DNA of 64,000 nucleotides from Myxococcales bacterium (GCA_045863395.1 BTVJ01000015.1:71663-135662), one strand, 5' to 3'. Counted from the first letter of the stretch, positions 8,948 to 19,138 are shown. Numbers and translations are program-made. The notes: a model not told the origin generated them from the sequence alone.

Positions 8948-11521
8948 TTGTCCTTGTCAGCCCGCGCCCTCTACCCGCTCGCCGTGGTCCTGGCGGCGCT
9001 CTCCGCCTGCGCCCCGGCCGCAAGGAGGCCGGTGGTGGTCGACCCGGCGTCCATCGAGGTCGCCAATCGCACGACCCAAGACTACGCCATCTACCTGGAC
9101 GGCCAGCACGTGGCCGACCTGCCCTCGGGTGAGCACACGCTGGTGGACGGGCTGGTCAGCGGCTCCCACCGCCTCGTGGCCACGCCGTCCCACGGTCGGA
9201 CCGGCGAGCAGCAGACCACGCTGGAGCTCGCCGTGGGCGGTTCTGCACTGTGGGATCTGATCCCCGAGCCCCCCGAGGCCCCGCTGGACGTCCCGCGCGG
9301 CTTCGGGACGGTGCGCCTCATCAACGACGTCGGCGCAGACCTGAGCGTACTCCTCGACGGCAAGCCGGCAGCGAGGCTCCTCTCAGGGAACGTCCGTCAG
9401 CTCCATGCGGTCAGCGCAGGGCCCCACGAGATCGAGGCGCGACGCGGGTTCGGTCACGCGCCCATCGTCATGCAGATAGAGCTTCGCCCGGGCGAGGAGC
9501 TGGACCTCCCCATCGACGGCCCGCGCGGGAGCCTGGAGGTCCAGAACGGGTCCGGCGAGCCCGTAGAGGTCACGGTTGACGACACCCTGATCGGGACGGT
9601 GGAGGCCGGTGGAGTCCGCACCTTCGAGCGCATCCTCGCCGGCGTTCGCACCGTGGCGGCCGTCGGCGAGCAGACCCGCCGGCGACACCAGCGCGAGCAG
9701 CGGGTGTTGGAGGGCGAGCGGGCTGTGTGGCACGTCCAGGCAGCCGCGGGTGCCGTCCAGGTGGTCAACGACACGCCAGAGACGGTGCGCGTCGAGCTCG
9801 ATGACCTCGAGATCGGCCGCGTGCCGCCCGGCGAGTCCCGCCTGGTCGCGGACGTGACCCTCGGCGACCACGAGCTTCGCGCCACCACGATGACGACGGG
9901 CGTGGAGCTGCGCATGCCCGTGGAGATCCGCACGGATCAGACCTTCGTATGGCCGCTCAGTGTCGACGAGGGTGTGCTCATCCTGGAGAACGCGACCGAC
10001 GAGGCCGTGCAGATCTACCGTGACGACGAGCCCTACCTGCGCCTGGAGCCAACCCAGAGCCGCACCCTGTCTCAGATCCCGGCGGGGACCTATGCCCTGT
10101 CCGCGTTCGGGGAGCGCAGCCACCGCATCGTGCCTCGCAAGGTGGAGGTGCAGGCGGCGCGCTCCGTGCGGTGGACCATCCGGCCCGAGTGGGCGGCGCT
10201 GGAGGTCCACAATGCGCGGGCCGAGCGCGTGCGCTTGCACCTGGACGCCAAGGTGGTGGGCGAGCTTGCCCCCGGGGAGCGGCGAGTCCTGGAGGGGCTC
10301 GTGGCCGGGGAGCAGCTCGTCGAGGTCCTCGGCCTGACGTCGGGCCGGGTCACCCGCGACCGCGCCGTCCTGGTGGCCCATGAGACGGTCCGGGTGGACA
10401 TCGGCGACCCCATGGCAGCCGTGATCATCGTGAACCGCTCCGGCGAGCCGCTGAGGGTCGACCCTGCCCTGGCCCCCCAAGGCGCGGTGGTCCCGGAAGG
10501 CGCGTCGTGGCCCTACGCCGTGTCCACGGCACGCAAGCGCCTCACGGTCACCGGCGAGGAGACCGGGCACCAACATGAGCTGCCCATCTCGCTCGTCCAT
10601 GACGAGACCCGCACGTGGGAGGTGGAGGAGCCCGTAGGCCACGTGGAGGTGTTCAACCACCGGGACGAGGCCGTGCACCTGTGGTTCGACGGGGCGCGGG
10701 CGGGCACGGTCCCTGCCGGTGGGTCCCTCCTCCTCGCGGACCGGCCCGTGGGACGCCACGAGCTGTTGGCGACGGGGGCCGAGTCGGGGCAAGGCGTCCG
10801 CGCGGTGCGGCGAATCGAAGCCGGCAAGGCCAACAACTGGCAGGTCGGCCACGAGGTGGCGGTGCTGCAGGTCGTGAACGACACGGGGGAGGATCAGGAG
10901 GTGTTCATCGGCGAGCGCCCCTACGGCCGGGTGCTCGCAGGGGAGACCCACGCCTTTGGCGGCATCCCGGCTGGGGCTCGGATGCTGAAGCTGGAGGGCC
11001 AGAGGTCCCAGGAGATCCAGCAGGCCATGCTCCAGTTCGAGGAGGGACGGACCGAGCGGTTCCGGGTCCGCCCGCTCAACGCAGGCCTGCGCGTGCTCAA
11101 CGAGCGCCCGGTCGCCGTCAGCGTGTTCCTGGATGGCGAGCGGGTGGGCGAGGCGCCCGCCAAGGGGCTCTACGAGGGCTTCCTCACGCAGGGGCCCCAC
11201 ACGGTGGAGACCCGGGACTTGGACACGCTGGAGTCGACCTTGACCCACCTGACGGCCAGCCCGTACCAGACCTACGACGTGCGGGTGGCCCCTCGCCACG
11301 GGACGCTGCGGATCACGAACACGACGCCGGCGAGCCTGGAGATCCGCCGGGGCGAGCGGCTGGTGGGCACGCTGGAGGCGGGAGCCTCACGCACCTTCCG
11401 CAACCTCCCCGCGGAGCGCCAGGTCCTCAAGGCCAGCGATGGCGACCGCTCCTGGACCCTCGATGTGCTGATCGACGACGAGGCGGAAGGCGAGTGGGTC
11501 ATCCGGCCTGCGGGTCACTGA
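8948..11521 (+). CDS. Lipoprotein with 11 tandem PEGA-like beta-sandwich repeats
   Basis: GGGAGGT RBS then TTG 8948; lipobox LSAC; about 75-aa repeats of V.N....v.v..D...G.v..G. Confidence 0.75.
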   Translation: MSLSARALYPLAVVLAALSACAPAARRPVVVDPASIEVANRTTQDYAIYLDGQHVADLPSGEHTLVDGLVSGSHRLVATPSHGRTGEQQTTLELAVGGSALWDLIPEPPEAPLDVPRGFGTVRLINDVGADLSVLLDGKPAARLLSGNVRQLHAVSAGPHEIEARRGFGHAPIVMQIELRPGEELDLPIDGPRGSLEVQNGSGEPVEVTVDDTLIGTVEAGGVRTFERILAGVRTVAAVGEQTRRRHQREQRVLEGERAVWHVQAAAGAVQVVNDTPETVRVELDDLEIGRVPPGESRLVADVTLGDHELRATTMTTGVELRMPVEIRTDQTFVWPLSVDEGVLILENATDEAVQIYRDDEPYLRLEPTQSRTLSQIPAGTYALSAFGERSHRIVPRKVEVQAARSVRWTIRPEWAALEVHNARAERVRLHLDAKVVGELAPGERRVLEGLVAGEQLVEVLGLTSGRVTRDRAVLVAHETVRVDIGDPMAAVIIVNRSGEPLRVDPALAPQGAVVPEGASWPYAVSTARKRLTVTGEETGHQHELPISLVHDETRTWEVEEPVGHVEVFNHRDEAVHLWFDGARAGTVPAGGSLLLADRPVGRHELLATGAESGQGVRAVRRIEAGKANNWQVGHEVAVLQVVNDTGEDQEVFIGERPYGRVLAGETHAFGGIPAGARMLKLEGQRSQEIQQAMLQFEEGRTERFRVRPLNAGLRVLNERPVAVSVFLDGERVGEAPAKGLYEGFLTQGPHTVETRDLDTLESTLTHLTASPYQTYDVRVAPRHGTLRITNTTPASLEIRRGERLVGTLEAGASRTFRNLPAERQVLKASDGDRSWTLDVLIDDEAEGEWVIRPAGH

Positions 11522-12047
11522 CGGGACCACGGCCCGCGACCAGGCGCTTCTCGCCCTCCCGGAACAGGATGACGACCCGGTCCTCCCCCTCTGTGCGCAG
11601 CACCCTCCCCAGACCGAACTTGTCATGACGGATCAGCTCGCCCTCCTCGAAGGCGTCTCGCATGGAGTAGGCGCGCGCGTAACGCGCGTCGACGTCATCG
11701 GCGCTGCCCACGAGGCGCTGCCACTCGTCGAACCGCTCCTTGGGGGCCGCCGCCGGCGCAGCCGGGCGCTTGGGAGCCGGCGCGCGGGGCGGAGGCTTCT
11801 GCTCCGCGGCGACCACGATGGTCCCGTCGGATGCACGCTTGCGGACGGTCAGGCCGCCCTGCTTCGGCTCGGACTTGGGGGCTTTGAAGCGATGTACGGC
11901 ACCGCACGTGTTGCACCGCGCCTGGGCGACCCTGGTCCCGACCATCGCGATGATGGTGTGGGCGAGGTCCAGGCGACAGCGGGAGCAGTGGGCGTCTATG
12001 TCGCGCCCCACCGCGACGGGATCCGGCTCGAACCTCATCGTTGGCAT
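11499..12047 (-). CDS. Zinc-ribbon plus DUF3553-like (Tudor/SH3-like) protein
   Basis: CSRC..H and CNTC..H motifs; C-terminal YSMRDAFEEGELIRHDKFGLGRV. Confidence 0.75.
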   Translation of the reverse strand: MPTMRFEPDPVAVGRDIDAHCSRCRLDLAHTIIAMVGTRVAQARCNTCGAVHRFKAPKSEPKQGGLTVRKRASDGTIVVAAEQKPPPRAPAPKRPAAPAAAPKERFDEWQRLVGSADDVDARYARAYSMRDAFEEGELIRHDKFGLGRVLRTEGEDRVVILFREGEKRLVAGRGPVSDPQAG

Positions 12048-12115
12048 CCTCTAGCTGAAGGCGGCGCGGATTCTAGCGACTGGCGCCGGCGAAAGCCAGC
12101 GCGGAGCGGGGCCGC

Positions 12116-12145
12116 TTGACCCTCCCGCGACGGCGCCCGTATCCT
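12116..12145 (+). promoter_or_regulatory. Putative sigma70 promoter, likely leaderless transcript
   Basis: TTGACC-N18-TATCCT ending 7 nt before ATG 12152; no RBS. Confidence 0.5.
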
Positions 12146-12151
12146 GTCCCC

Positions 12152-12850
12152 ATGCTCACCCGAGCCACATGGTCGGTGTCCGCCCTGCTCCTCGCGCTTG
12201 CGGTGGGATGCGCCGTGGACGACGCCCGCGATCACGCCCTGGGGTCGTCGGCTCCAGGCCGCCCAGGCACGCTGGGTCAGACGCTTGGAGGACCGCCCGA
12301 CGCGAGCGCCGCCAGCGCCGACGTGGGGCCCCTCTACGACCCGAGCGAGCCGGGCGCTCCCCAGGCCGTCGTCCTGGAGGCGCCCTACGCCGGAGGGCAC
12401 GAGTTCATGGTTGCCAAGGACGAGCCCGCCACCTCCGGCGCTCACGGCCCCTACTACGTCGCCTTCGACGTCGGGACCACGCAGGAGGTCGTGCGCGCCG
12501 CGCTGCCGGGCACAGTCATCGCCGTCAACGACATCTACTCCGAGGGAGGGCCTGCACCGGAGCTGCTCGGAGCAACGAACACCGTCGTGGTCGAGCACGA
12601 GGGAGGCGTCCGCACGGAGTACCTGCACTTGCGCACCCTGTCGGCCAAGGTCGTGTCTGGCCAGAAGGTCATCGCTGGCCACGCGCTCGCCGTCGCCGGC
12701 GGCACGGGCTATGTCGGTGGGCAGCGCATCGGCCTCCGCGCTACGCGGGGCGGCATGCCAGCGCCCATCTGCTTCAACACGGGACACCCGACCTGCGACT
12801 TCGCCCAGCCGGGGGACGTGATCGAATCGGCCAACTACTACATGCCATGA
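12152..12850 (+). CDS. M23 family peptidase lipoprotein
   Basis: Lipobox AVGC; H..FD, VRAALPGTV, NTVVVEH, YLHL, V..GQKV..G motifs. Confidence 0.75.
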   Translation: MLTRATWSVSALLLALAVGCAVDDARDHALGSSAPGRPGTLGQTLGGPPDASAASADVGPLYDPSEPGAPQAVVLEAPYAGGHEFMVAKDEPATSGAHGPYYVAFDVGTTQEVVRAALPGTVIAVNDIYSEGGPAPELLGATNTVVVEHEGGVRTEYLHLRTLSAKVVSGQKVIAGHALAVAGGTGYVGGQRIGLRATRGGMPAPICFNTGHPTCDFAQPGDVIESANYYMP

Positions 12851-12920
12851 TCCCCGACGCGGCGGTCCCCGCCTGTGGGGACTCCTCGCCCACCCCATGG
12901 ACCTACCGGAGCTACCGATC

Positions 12921-13721
12921 ATGAGACCACACCGCACCCTGCTCGCGCTGGTCATGGCGCTTGGGATCTGCGCCTGCGACAAGAAGGACGACGGCAATGA
13001 GACCGTCGCAAACCTCCCCAAGGGCCCGCCACCCGCCGCAGCGCCGGTCCCGCTGGAGGCGCCGCCAGCCGAGCCCGACACCCCCGAGGAGGTCCAGGGG
13101 CGCGGGGAGCCCGAGCCAACGCCAGCGCGCGAGGAGCTGAGGCTGCTGGCGACGAAGGGCGCGCCCGAGGTGCGGTCCATCCGGGCGGAGCGCACGGAGA
13201 TGTACAGCTTGTTCTCTGTCGCAGAGAAGGATGACAAGGCGGACGTCAACGCCCTGGTGAGCGCGGTCCAGGGCTTTCTCTGGGACGAGGAGCGCGAGGC
13301 GCTGGCCGCGGCGCCGTCGAAGCTCGCAGCTCACATCGAGTCCACGACCGCCTTCGCCGCTCGCTTCAAGAAGGCAGGCGAGGAGCTGATGGCCGAGGTG
13401 ACCGCGATGAACAAGGAGAACGAGGAGCGGGCGACGAAGAAGAAGTCACCCAAGCACACGCCGGTCAAGATCGACAAGGTGCAGCGCCGCGCCTCCACCC
13501 TCATGAAGCTGGGCCGCACCGGCGGGCTGCTGGCGCGGAGCCTGCTCGATGAGGCCCGCATCTACGCCCAGCTCGGCTCTCTGGCCATGCGGGCGGAGCT
13601 CCGCCAGCACCTCTCGCCGCTGAAGGGCCGGGACCTGGGCTACGAGCAGACCAACCTCGCGGCACAGCGGGTGCTCTGGGAGCTCAACGTGGAGGGCGCG
13701 GAGGAGCCCGCGGCCGACTGA
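12921..13721 (+). CDS. Hypothetical helical lipoprotein
   Basis: Lipobox ICAC-DKK; strong codon bias. Confidence 0.7.
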   Translation: MRPHRTLLALVMALGICACDKKDDGNETVANLPKGPPPAAAPVPLEAPPAEPDTPEEVQGRGEPEPTPAREELRLLATKGAPEVRSIRAERTEMYSLFSVAEKDDKADVNALVSAVQGFLWDEEREALAAAPSKLAAHIESTTAFAARFKKAGEELMAEVTAMNKENEERATKKKSPKHTPVKIDKVQRRASTLMKLGRTGGLLARSLLDEARIYAQLGSLAMRAELRQHLSPLKGRDLGYEQTNLAAQRVLWELNVEGAEEPAAD

Positions 13722-13937
13722 CCCGAACGTCCCAAGAGCGTCACATCCTACGTTCCCGACTTCCATCCGGCAGAGCCCCACTGCAGGAGCCAGGTCGCAG
13801 TGGTTTCGGCGGACGCAGCTCCCTGCAGTCCAGGGGTAACACGAGATCCGCACAGTTGTTCTTGCGCGACGGGGAACTTCGAGCTACACCCAGACCGCCG
13901 GACAGCGAAACAGTGAGGGCGGCGCGGGACGTTCGGG
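13722..13937. ncRNA. Candidate structured RNA or small element bounded by a 12-bp inverted repeat
   Basis: CCCGAACGTCCC (13722-13733) and GGGACGTTCGGG (13926-13937) with nested stems inside. Confidence 0.3.
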
Positions 13938-14077
13938 AACCAGAACGCCGGACCAGCGGAGCGTCGCGTTGGCAGCCGAGTCTGCGGCGTCGAGGGCTCG
14001 CTGTCGTAGCGACCCATGGCAGCGCACGTGCGGGACTGGCGCGGTCGCGGTGGGGAAACGAAACGCGAGTGGGACAC

Positions 14078-14704
14078 ATGACGACATCCATCTCATTGAA
14101 CGGCCCACGCCAGGTCGCAGCAACGCGGGATCGGGCCCTCGACTCGCAGCCAGGCGCTGTGGTCGAAGACGCTTCGCCCGACCCCGGACTGGAGCCGACA
14201 GCCCCGCAGCCACAGAACGTGGTGGTGAGGCTGGGGGACCTGGCGGTCCTCCAAGGGCCGGCTGGCCGCCTGACGACCTTCGCGCTGGGCTCATGCGTCG
14301 CGGTGATCCTCTACGACCGCCAGCGCCATGTGGGCGGTCTGCTTCACGCCTTCCTGCCCGATGGCGACGATGAGCGGTACCGCATTCGGGTCAAGCGGCA
14401 GCCGACCCTGTTCGTCAGGCCGGGCCTCTCGCTGCTGGTCGAGCAGGTCTACGCCCTCAGGAACTCCAACGCGCCGGACCTCGTCGCCAAGATGGCAGGG
14501 GGCGCCTCCCTCGTCGGCCACTCGGGCGGGATCGCGGGCGTCGGACGTGCCAACGTGGAGGCCGCGCGTGCTACGCTGCGCAGCCTTCACATCCGCCTCG
14601 TGGCTGAGGACGTCGGCGAGCACCGCGTGAGATCGGCCTATCTCGAGCTTGAGACGGGGCGGTTCGTCGTCCACACCCACGGACACGGGGAGGTAGTCCT
14701 GTGA
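14078..14704 (+). CDS. cheD: Chemoreceptor glutamine deamidase CheD
   Basis: TFALGSCVAVILYD, GGLLHAFLP, KMAGGA, VGRANV, EDVG motifs. Confidence 0.9.
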   Translation: MTTSISLNGPRQVAATRDRALDSQPGAVVEDASPDPGLEPTAPQPQNVVVRLGDLAVLQGPAGRLTTFALGSCVAVILYDRQRHVGGLLHAFLPDGDDERYRIRVKRQPTLFVRPGLSLLVEQVYALRNSNAPDLVAKMAGGASLVGHSGGIAGVGRANVEAARATLRSLHIRLVAEDVGEHRVRSAYLELETGRFVVHTHGHGEVVL

Positions 14705-15546
14705 GCACTGCGGCTGTCTCAATGACGCTGGATCAGCGACTCGCGGCGGTCCCACCGTTCCCGGCCGTCGGCCTCGAGCTGATGGCGATGGTCACCAACG
14801 ACGACGTTGGCATCGAGGACGTGGTCGCCGCCGTGCGGCGGGACCCGACGCTTGCCGCCAAGGTGTTGCGGTACGCGAACAGCGCGACCCTCATGCGGTC
14901 CCAGGCGGCCGAGTCGGTGCATGACGCGGTGCGCACGCTGGGCGTGGTCGGATCCCTGCGCTACCTGACGACGCAGCTCTCGGCAACGACTCTGGCGGCC
15001 GGGGCCGCCGGGTACGGGCAGGACGGCCGCAAGCTCTGGATGGACGCCGTCGTCGGCGCCCGTGCGGCGCAGGCCGTGGCCGGTCTGGTCGAGGTGTCCG
15101 GGCACGTGGCGTACACAGCAGCGCTGCTTCGCGACATCGGCAAGATGGCGCTGACCGGGGACGTGAGCCGATTCCAGGATCAGCTCGTCACCCAGGCGAC
15201 CGCCATCGCGGACTTCACGGATGCGGAGCGCGCCGTCTTCGAGACTGCGCACCCGGAGCTCGGAGCCGAGCTGGCGCGGCGGTGGCGGTTCCCTGACCCC
15301 CTGGTCGAGGCGATCCGGTGGCATCACCGGCCATCGGCCGCGACGAAACATCACCAGATCGTCGCGGCGGTCCACTTGGGCGACGTGATCGCCGCCATGG
15401 CCGGGGCGACGGGCGTCGATGGGTTCCTCACCCCCCTGGACCCTACGGCGCTGAGGACGCTGGGCCTGGACGACGACGCAATCATCGATGTCGTGATCCA
15501 GGCAGCCCAGTGGTCGCAGGAGCTGGCCGAGCTGGACGACGCCTGA
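14701..15546 (+). CDS. HDOD domain protein
   Basis: PPFPAV, DPTLAAKVLRYANS, LLRDIGK, HPELGAELARRWRFP, IRWHHRP; 4-nt overlap with cheD. Confidence 0.9.
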   Translation: MSTAAVSMTLDQRLAAVPPFPAVGLELMAMVTNDDVGIEDVVAAVRRDPTLAAKVLRYANSATLMRSQAAESVHDAVRTLGVVGSLRYLTTQLSATTLAAGAAGYGQDGRKLWMDAVVGARAAQAVAGLVEVSGHVAYTAALLRDIGKMALTGDVSRFQDQLVTQATAIADFTDAERAVFETAHPELGAELARRWRFPDPLVEAIRWHHRPSAATKHHQIVAAVHLGDVIAAMAGATGVDGFLTPLDPTALRTLGLDDDAIIDVVIQAAQWSQELAELDDA

Positions 15547-15580
15547 CCCTGTGGCGGGGGCCAGACGGGCCACCCGCGCG

Positions 15581-16537
15581 TCAGTCGAAGGGCGCCCCGT
15601 TCAGGATCCACCGCAGGATGATCTGGACGTCGGCCGCGGACGTGGGGGCCGCGCCGAGCGGCATCTGCGAACCCACCGGGGGCGCGGACCGCGTCAGCTT
15701 GAGGAAGAGGTAGCTCTGGGCGGGCGACCCCTGGCTGATCAGGACCATGTCGGGCTTGCCCTCCGCCTGCGCACCGACGAGCTTCTCGTGGAGCTGGTCG
15801 GGCTCCCGATCCAGGCGCAGATCACCGGCCTCGCTGCCGTCCACATGGCACCCAGACAGGGCGCAGCTCTTGTCGAAGACCCCGATGACGTCCTTCGAGA
15901 AGCTCGCTCCCGTGGGCTGCTCGGCCAGTACCTGAATCGTCACCGGCGCGCTCTGGACCCCATCCGCCGCCGCGGTCACCGTCGTCGCGCCGGCTGAGAT
16001 GCCGAGGACCAGCCCGGTCCCGTCCACGAAGAGGGTCGCTTCGTCTGCGGCCTTCCACGTGATGGTAGCGGACACCGGATCCCCCGAGGAATCGACGACG
16101 CTGGCGGAGAGGGCCAGCGTGTCGCCCACGGGCACCTTGAGCACGCCGCCCGCGATGGTCACCTGCGCGACACCGCCTCCCGTGTCCGCAGCCGCGTCTG
16201 CGGGAGCAGTGGAGTCAGGAGATGCGTCCGCCCCATCGGGCGCGCTGGCCACGTCCGAGGGGCTCCCGGTGTCCGTTGGACCTCCGGCGTCGGCGACGGT
16301 GCCGCCGTCGTCGTGGCTCGCCACGTCGCTCGGGGCACCATCTACGCCCGCGGTGTCCGCCCCACCGCCGGTGTCGACCGCGCCATCTTGCGCGGCCACG
16401 TCCTCGCTGATGGGGACCGTGTCCTCGTCGCCTTCGCGGACCTGGTCGCTGAGGCACCCACCAAAGGCCAGCGCCGCGGCCATGCCGGCTCCAGCCAGAA
16501 GGGAACGCCGGACCATCCGGCGAGAGACCGTCGTCAT
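15581..16537 (-). CDS. Lipoprotein with Ig-like (Big_2) domain and Cx4CH cytochrome-c-like domain
   Basis: Lipobox FGGC; D/A/G-rich linker; ITWKAADE..VDGTGLV; CALSGCH..MP..WI..GA. Confidence 0.75.
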   Translation of the reverse strand: MTTVSRRMVRRSLLAGAGMAAALAFGGCLSDQVREGDEDTVPISEDVAAQDGAVDTGGGADTAGVDGAPSDVASHDDGGTVADAGGPTDTGSPSDVASAPDGADASPDSTAPADAAADTGGGVAQVTIAGGVLKVPVGDTLALSASVVDSSGDPVSATITWKAADEATLFVDGTGLVLGISAGATTVTAAADGVQSAPVTIQVLAEQPTGASFSKDVIGVFDKSCALSGCHVDGSEAGDLRLDREPDQLHEKLVGAQAEGKPDMVLISQGSPAQSYLFLKLTRSAPPVGSQMPLGAAPTSAADVQIILRWILNGAPFD

Positions 16538-16539
16538 CT

Positions 16540-17106
16540 TCACACCTCCCGTGTGCTGCGTGCCCACGGAAGGTACAGGGGGAGGAGGCGGTCGAGCAAG
16601 GTCGCAGCCTCCTCTGGCGTATTCGCTCCGTATACGCGGTCGCCCGGGATGTGCGGGAACCGCAGCCGCTCATCGACGGGGCCGTCGGCCAGGCGCGCTG
16701 CCCACCCGCTCCCCCGGAGCGCGATGACCAGGCGGTCGAAGATCCACGCCAGGGCCATCTCCGAGAGGGTCCCTGCGCCACCGCCTATCGCGATCACCGC
16801 ATCGCCGCTGGCGACCAGACCATTCCGCAGGTGCGAGAGCCCCGTCGCAACGGCGGCGTCGACCCACGGATTGGCGGCCGCGGTGTCCAGGCCGGGCAGG
16901 ACGGCGACCACGTCCCCGGGGGCCCACAGGTGCGACTCCCGCGCGCCACGGCTCGCCCCCTCCGACACGCCGTGGCCCCCGCCCGTGAGCACCCGGTAGC
17001 CGCGGTCGACCAGGCAGCACCCCAGCGCCCGTGCGGCCTCGTAGTGGGGGTGGCCCGGCGGCACGCGGCCATCGCCTGCGACGGCGATGAGGGGCTTGCG
17101 GGTCAT
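16540..17106 (-). CDS. TIGR00725/LOG-like Rossmann-fold protein
   Basis: VLTGGGHGV, RNGLV, IGGGAGTLSE motifs. Confidence 0.85.
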   Translation of the reverse strand: MTRKPLIAVAGDGRVPPGHPHYEAARALGCCLVDRGYRVLTGGGHGVSEGASRGARESHLWAPGDVVAVLPGLDTAAANPWVDAAVATGLSHLRNGLVASGDAVIAIGGGAGTLSEMALAWIFDRLVIALRGSGWAARLADGPVDERLRFPHIPGDRVYGANTPEEAATLLDRLLPLYLPWARSTREV

Positions 17107-18170
17107 GGCACCTCCTGCAGGTCCAGGTCGACGACCACCTCCTTGGGGCCCTCGCCCGCGTCCCGCAGCAGCCGAACCTTCACGCGGTCTCCGGGCTTGT
17201 AGCGGTCCAACGTGTTGTAGAGGTCGTCGTAGCTGGCGATTCGGGCGTCCGCGATGCCCACGATGACGTCGCCGAGGCGCGGCTTGCCCCGGCGATCATA
17301 CTCGGTCCCCCGCAGCCCTGCGGTCTCCGCGGACGTGCCCTTGACCACGTCCCGCACGATGACGCCCCGGATGCCGACGGCGCGGGACACGTCATCCGAG
17401 AAGATGCGCACCCCGAGCCCCGGGCGCACCGGCTTGCCGTGGGCGATGAGCTGCGGCACCAGCCGCTTGATGAAGTTGACGGGGACCGCGAAGCCGATGC
17501 CCGCGCTCTGGCCGCTGCGGCTGAAGATGGCCGTGTTCATGCCGATGAGGCGCCCGCGAGAGTCCAGGAGCGGGCCGCCGCTGTTTCCCGGGTTGATCGA
17601 GGCGTCGGTCTGGATCATGTCGCGGATGGTCACTCCCCCGGCGCCCGTGATCTCACGCCCCAGCGCGGAGATGACCCCCGTGGTCAGGGTGCGGTCGAGC
17701 CCAAAGGGGCTCCCGATGGCCAGCACCTTCTGCCCGACGAGCAGGTTGGACGAGTCGCCGGCCACGACGGAGGCGAACCGCTCCCCATTGCCCTCCAGCT
17801 TCAGGACCGCGAGGTCCTTGGCCGGGTCCACGCCGACGAGGCGCGCGGGCACGGTCGACTGGTCATAGAGGGTCACGCTGTAGCTGCGCCCGTTGGCGAC
17901 GACGTGGTAGTTGGTCACGACGTAGCCCTCGGCGCTCCACAGGAAGCCCGACCCCGAGCCCTGGGGCACCTCGGTCCACTGGCGGGAGCGCCAGTCGCGG
18001 GCCACCGCGTTGGTCGTGACGAACACCACGGCGGGCGCGACCTTCTGGAAGGTCGTGATGGTGTTGCGCTCGTCCTCCAGCAGCCACGACGGCAGCTCCT
18101 GCGCCAGGGTGGGCCGCGCGAGGGCGAAGAAGAGGACGACCCCGGCCAGTGAGGCCATGCTGCGTGTCAT
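17103..18170 (-). CDS. HtrA/DegP-like trypsin serine protease with PDZ domain
   Basis: Signal peptide; GSGSGF, TNYHVV, DLAVL, QTDASINPGNSGGPL. Confidence 0.95.
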   Translation of the reverse strand: MTRSMASLAGVVLFFALARPTLAQELPSWLLEDERNTITTFQKVAPAVVFVTTNAVARDWRSRQWTEVPQGSGSGFLWSAEGYVVTNYHVVANGRSYSVTLYDQSTVPARLVGVDPAKDLAVLKLEGNGERFASVVAGDSSNLLVGQKVLAIGSPFGLDRTLTTGVISALGREITGAGGVTIRDMIQTDASINPGNSGGPLLDSRGRLIGMNTAIFSRSGQSAGIGFAVPVNFIKRLVPQLIAHGKPVRPGLGVRIFSDDVSRAVGIRGVIVRDVVKGTSAETAGLRGTEYDRRGKPRLGDVIVGIADARIASYDDLYNTLDRYKPGDRVKVRLLRDAGEGPKEVVVDLDLQEVP

Positions 18171-18364
18171 GGGGGCACTCCTGTGGCGACGCGAGTCCGG
18201 TTCGAGCGAGCATCCGCCGGTCGGCGGGCCCGTGCAAGCGAACACGTCGAAGCAGAAGTCGCTTCCAACGGGGGAGGAGAGGGCCGGACCCAGGTTGCAT
18301 GTCCCGGTGGCCGGAGCCCTACGGGGTTCACAAGCTGCCCCACTCGGGAAGGGGCATCCTGGGG

Positions 18365-19137
18365 TCAGTCTCCCCCGGCGCCCACCTTTGGGACCTGCCG
18401 TCCGATCTTCGCCTTCAGGTAGTCCCGGTTCATGCGCGCGATGAACTCCAGGTCGATGCCCTTCGGGCAGTGAGCCTCGCACTCCGCGTGGTTGGTGCAC
18501 GCGCCGAAGCCCTCCGCGTCCATCTGCGCCACCATGTTCTCGACGCGCTCCCAGCGCTCCACCTGCCCCTGCGGGAGCAGGCCCAGGTGGCCGATCTTCG
18601 CGGACGTGAACAGCATGGCCGAGGCGTTGGGGCAAGACGCCACGCACGCGCCGCACCCGATGCAGGCGGCCGCATCGAACGCGCGGTCGGACGCCGCCTT
18701 GTTGATGGGGACGGCGTTGGCGTCCGGGGCGCTGCCCGTGCCCACCGAGATGTAGCCGCCGGCCTGGATGATCCGGTCGAGGGCGCTCCGGTCGACGACC
18801 AGGTCGCGCACGATGGGGAAGGCCTTGGCGCGGAAGGGCTCGATGACGATGGTGTCGCCGTCCTTGAACGTCCGCATGTGGAGCTGACAGATGGTGGTCT
18901 CCGCCACCGGGCCATGGGCGTGGCCGTCGATGACGAAGCCGCACATGCCGCAGATGCCCTCGCGGCAGTCGTGGTCGAAGGCGATGGGCTCCTCGCCGCG
19001 CTCGATGATGTCCTGGTTGACCACGTCGAGCATCTCGAGGAAGGACATGTGCTCGCTGATGCTCTTCGCCTTGTAGGTCACGAAGCGGCCAGCGTCGCCC
19101 GCGTTCTTCTGGCGCCAGACTTCCAGAGTGAGTTCCA

Positions 19138-19138
<1 letters not shown>
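18365..19138 (-). CDS. sdhB: Succinate dehydrogenase/fumarate reductase iron-sulfur subunit
   Basis: [33 protein letters not shown]. Confidence 0.96.

Noticed and set aside
18171..18364. Intergenic region with a GTGAACCCCG stretch reminiscent of SRP or 6S RNA
   Set aside because: The SRP CAGG..GNRA..AGCAG core is absent; only a short TGCCCC/GGGGCA hairpin after sdhB is supported.
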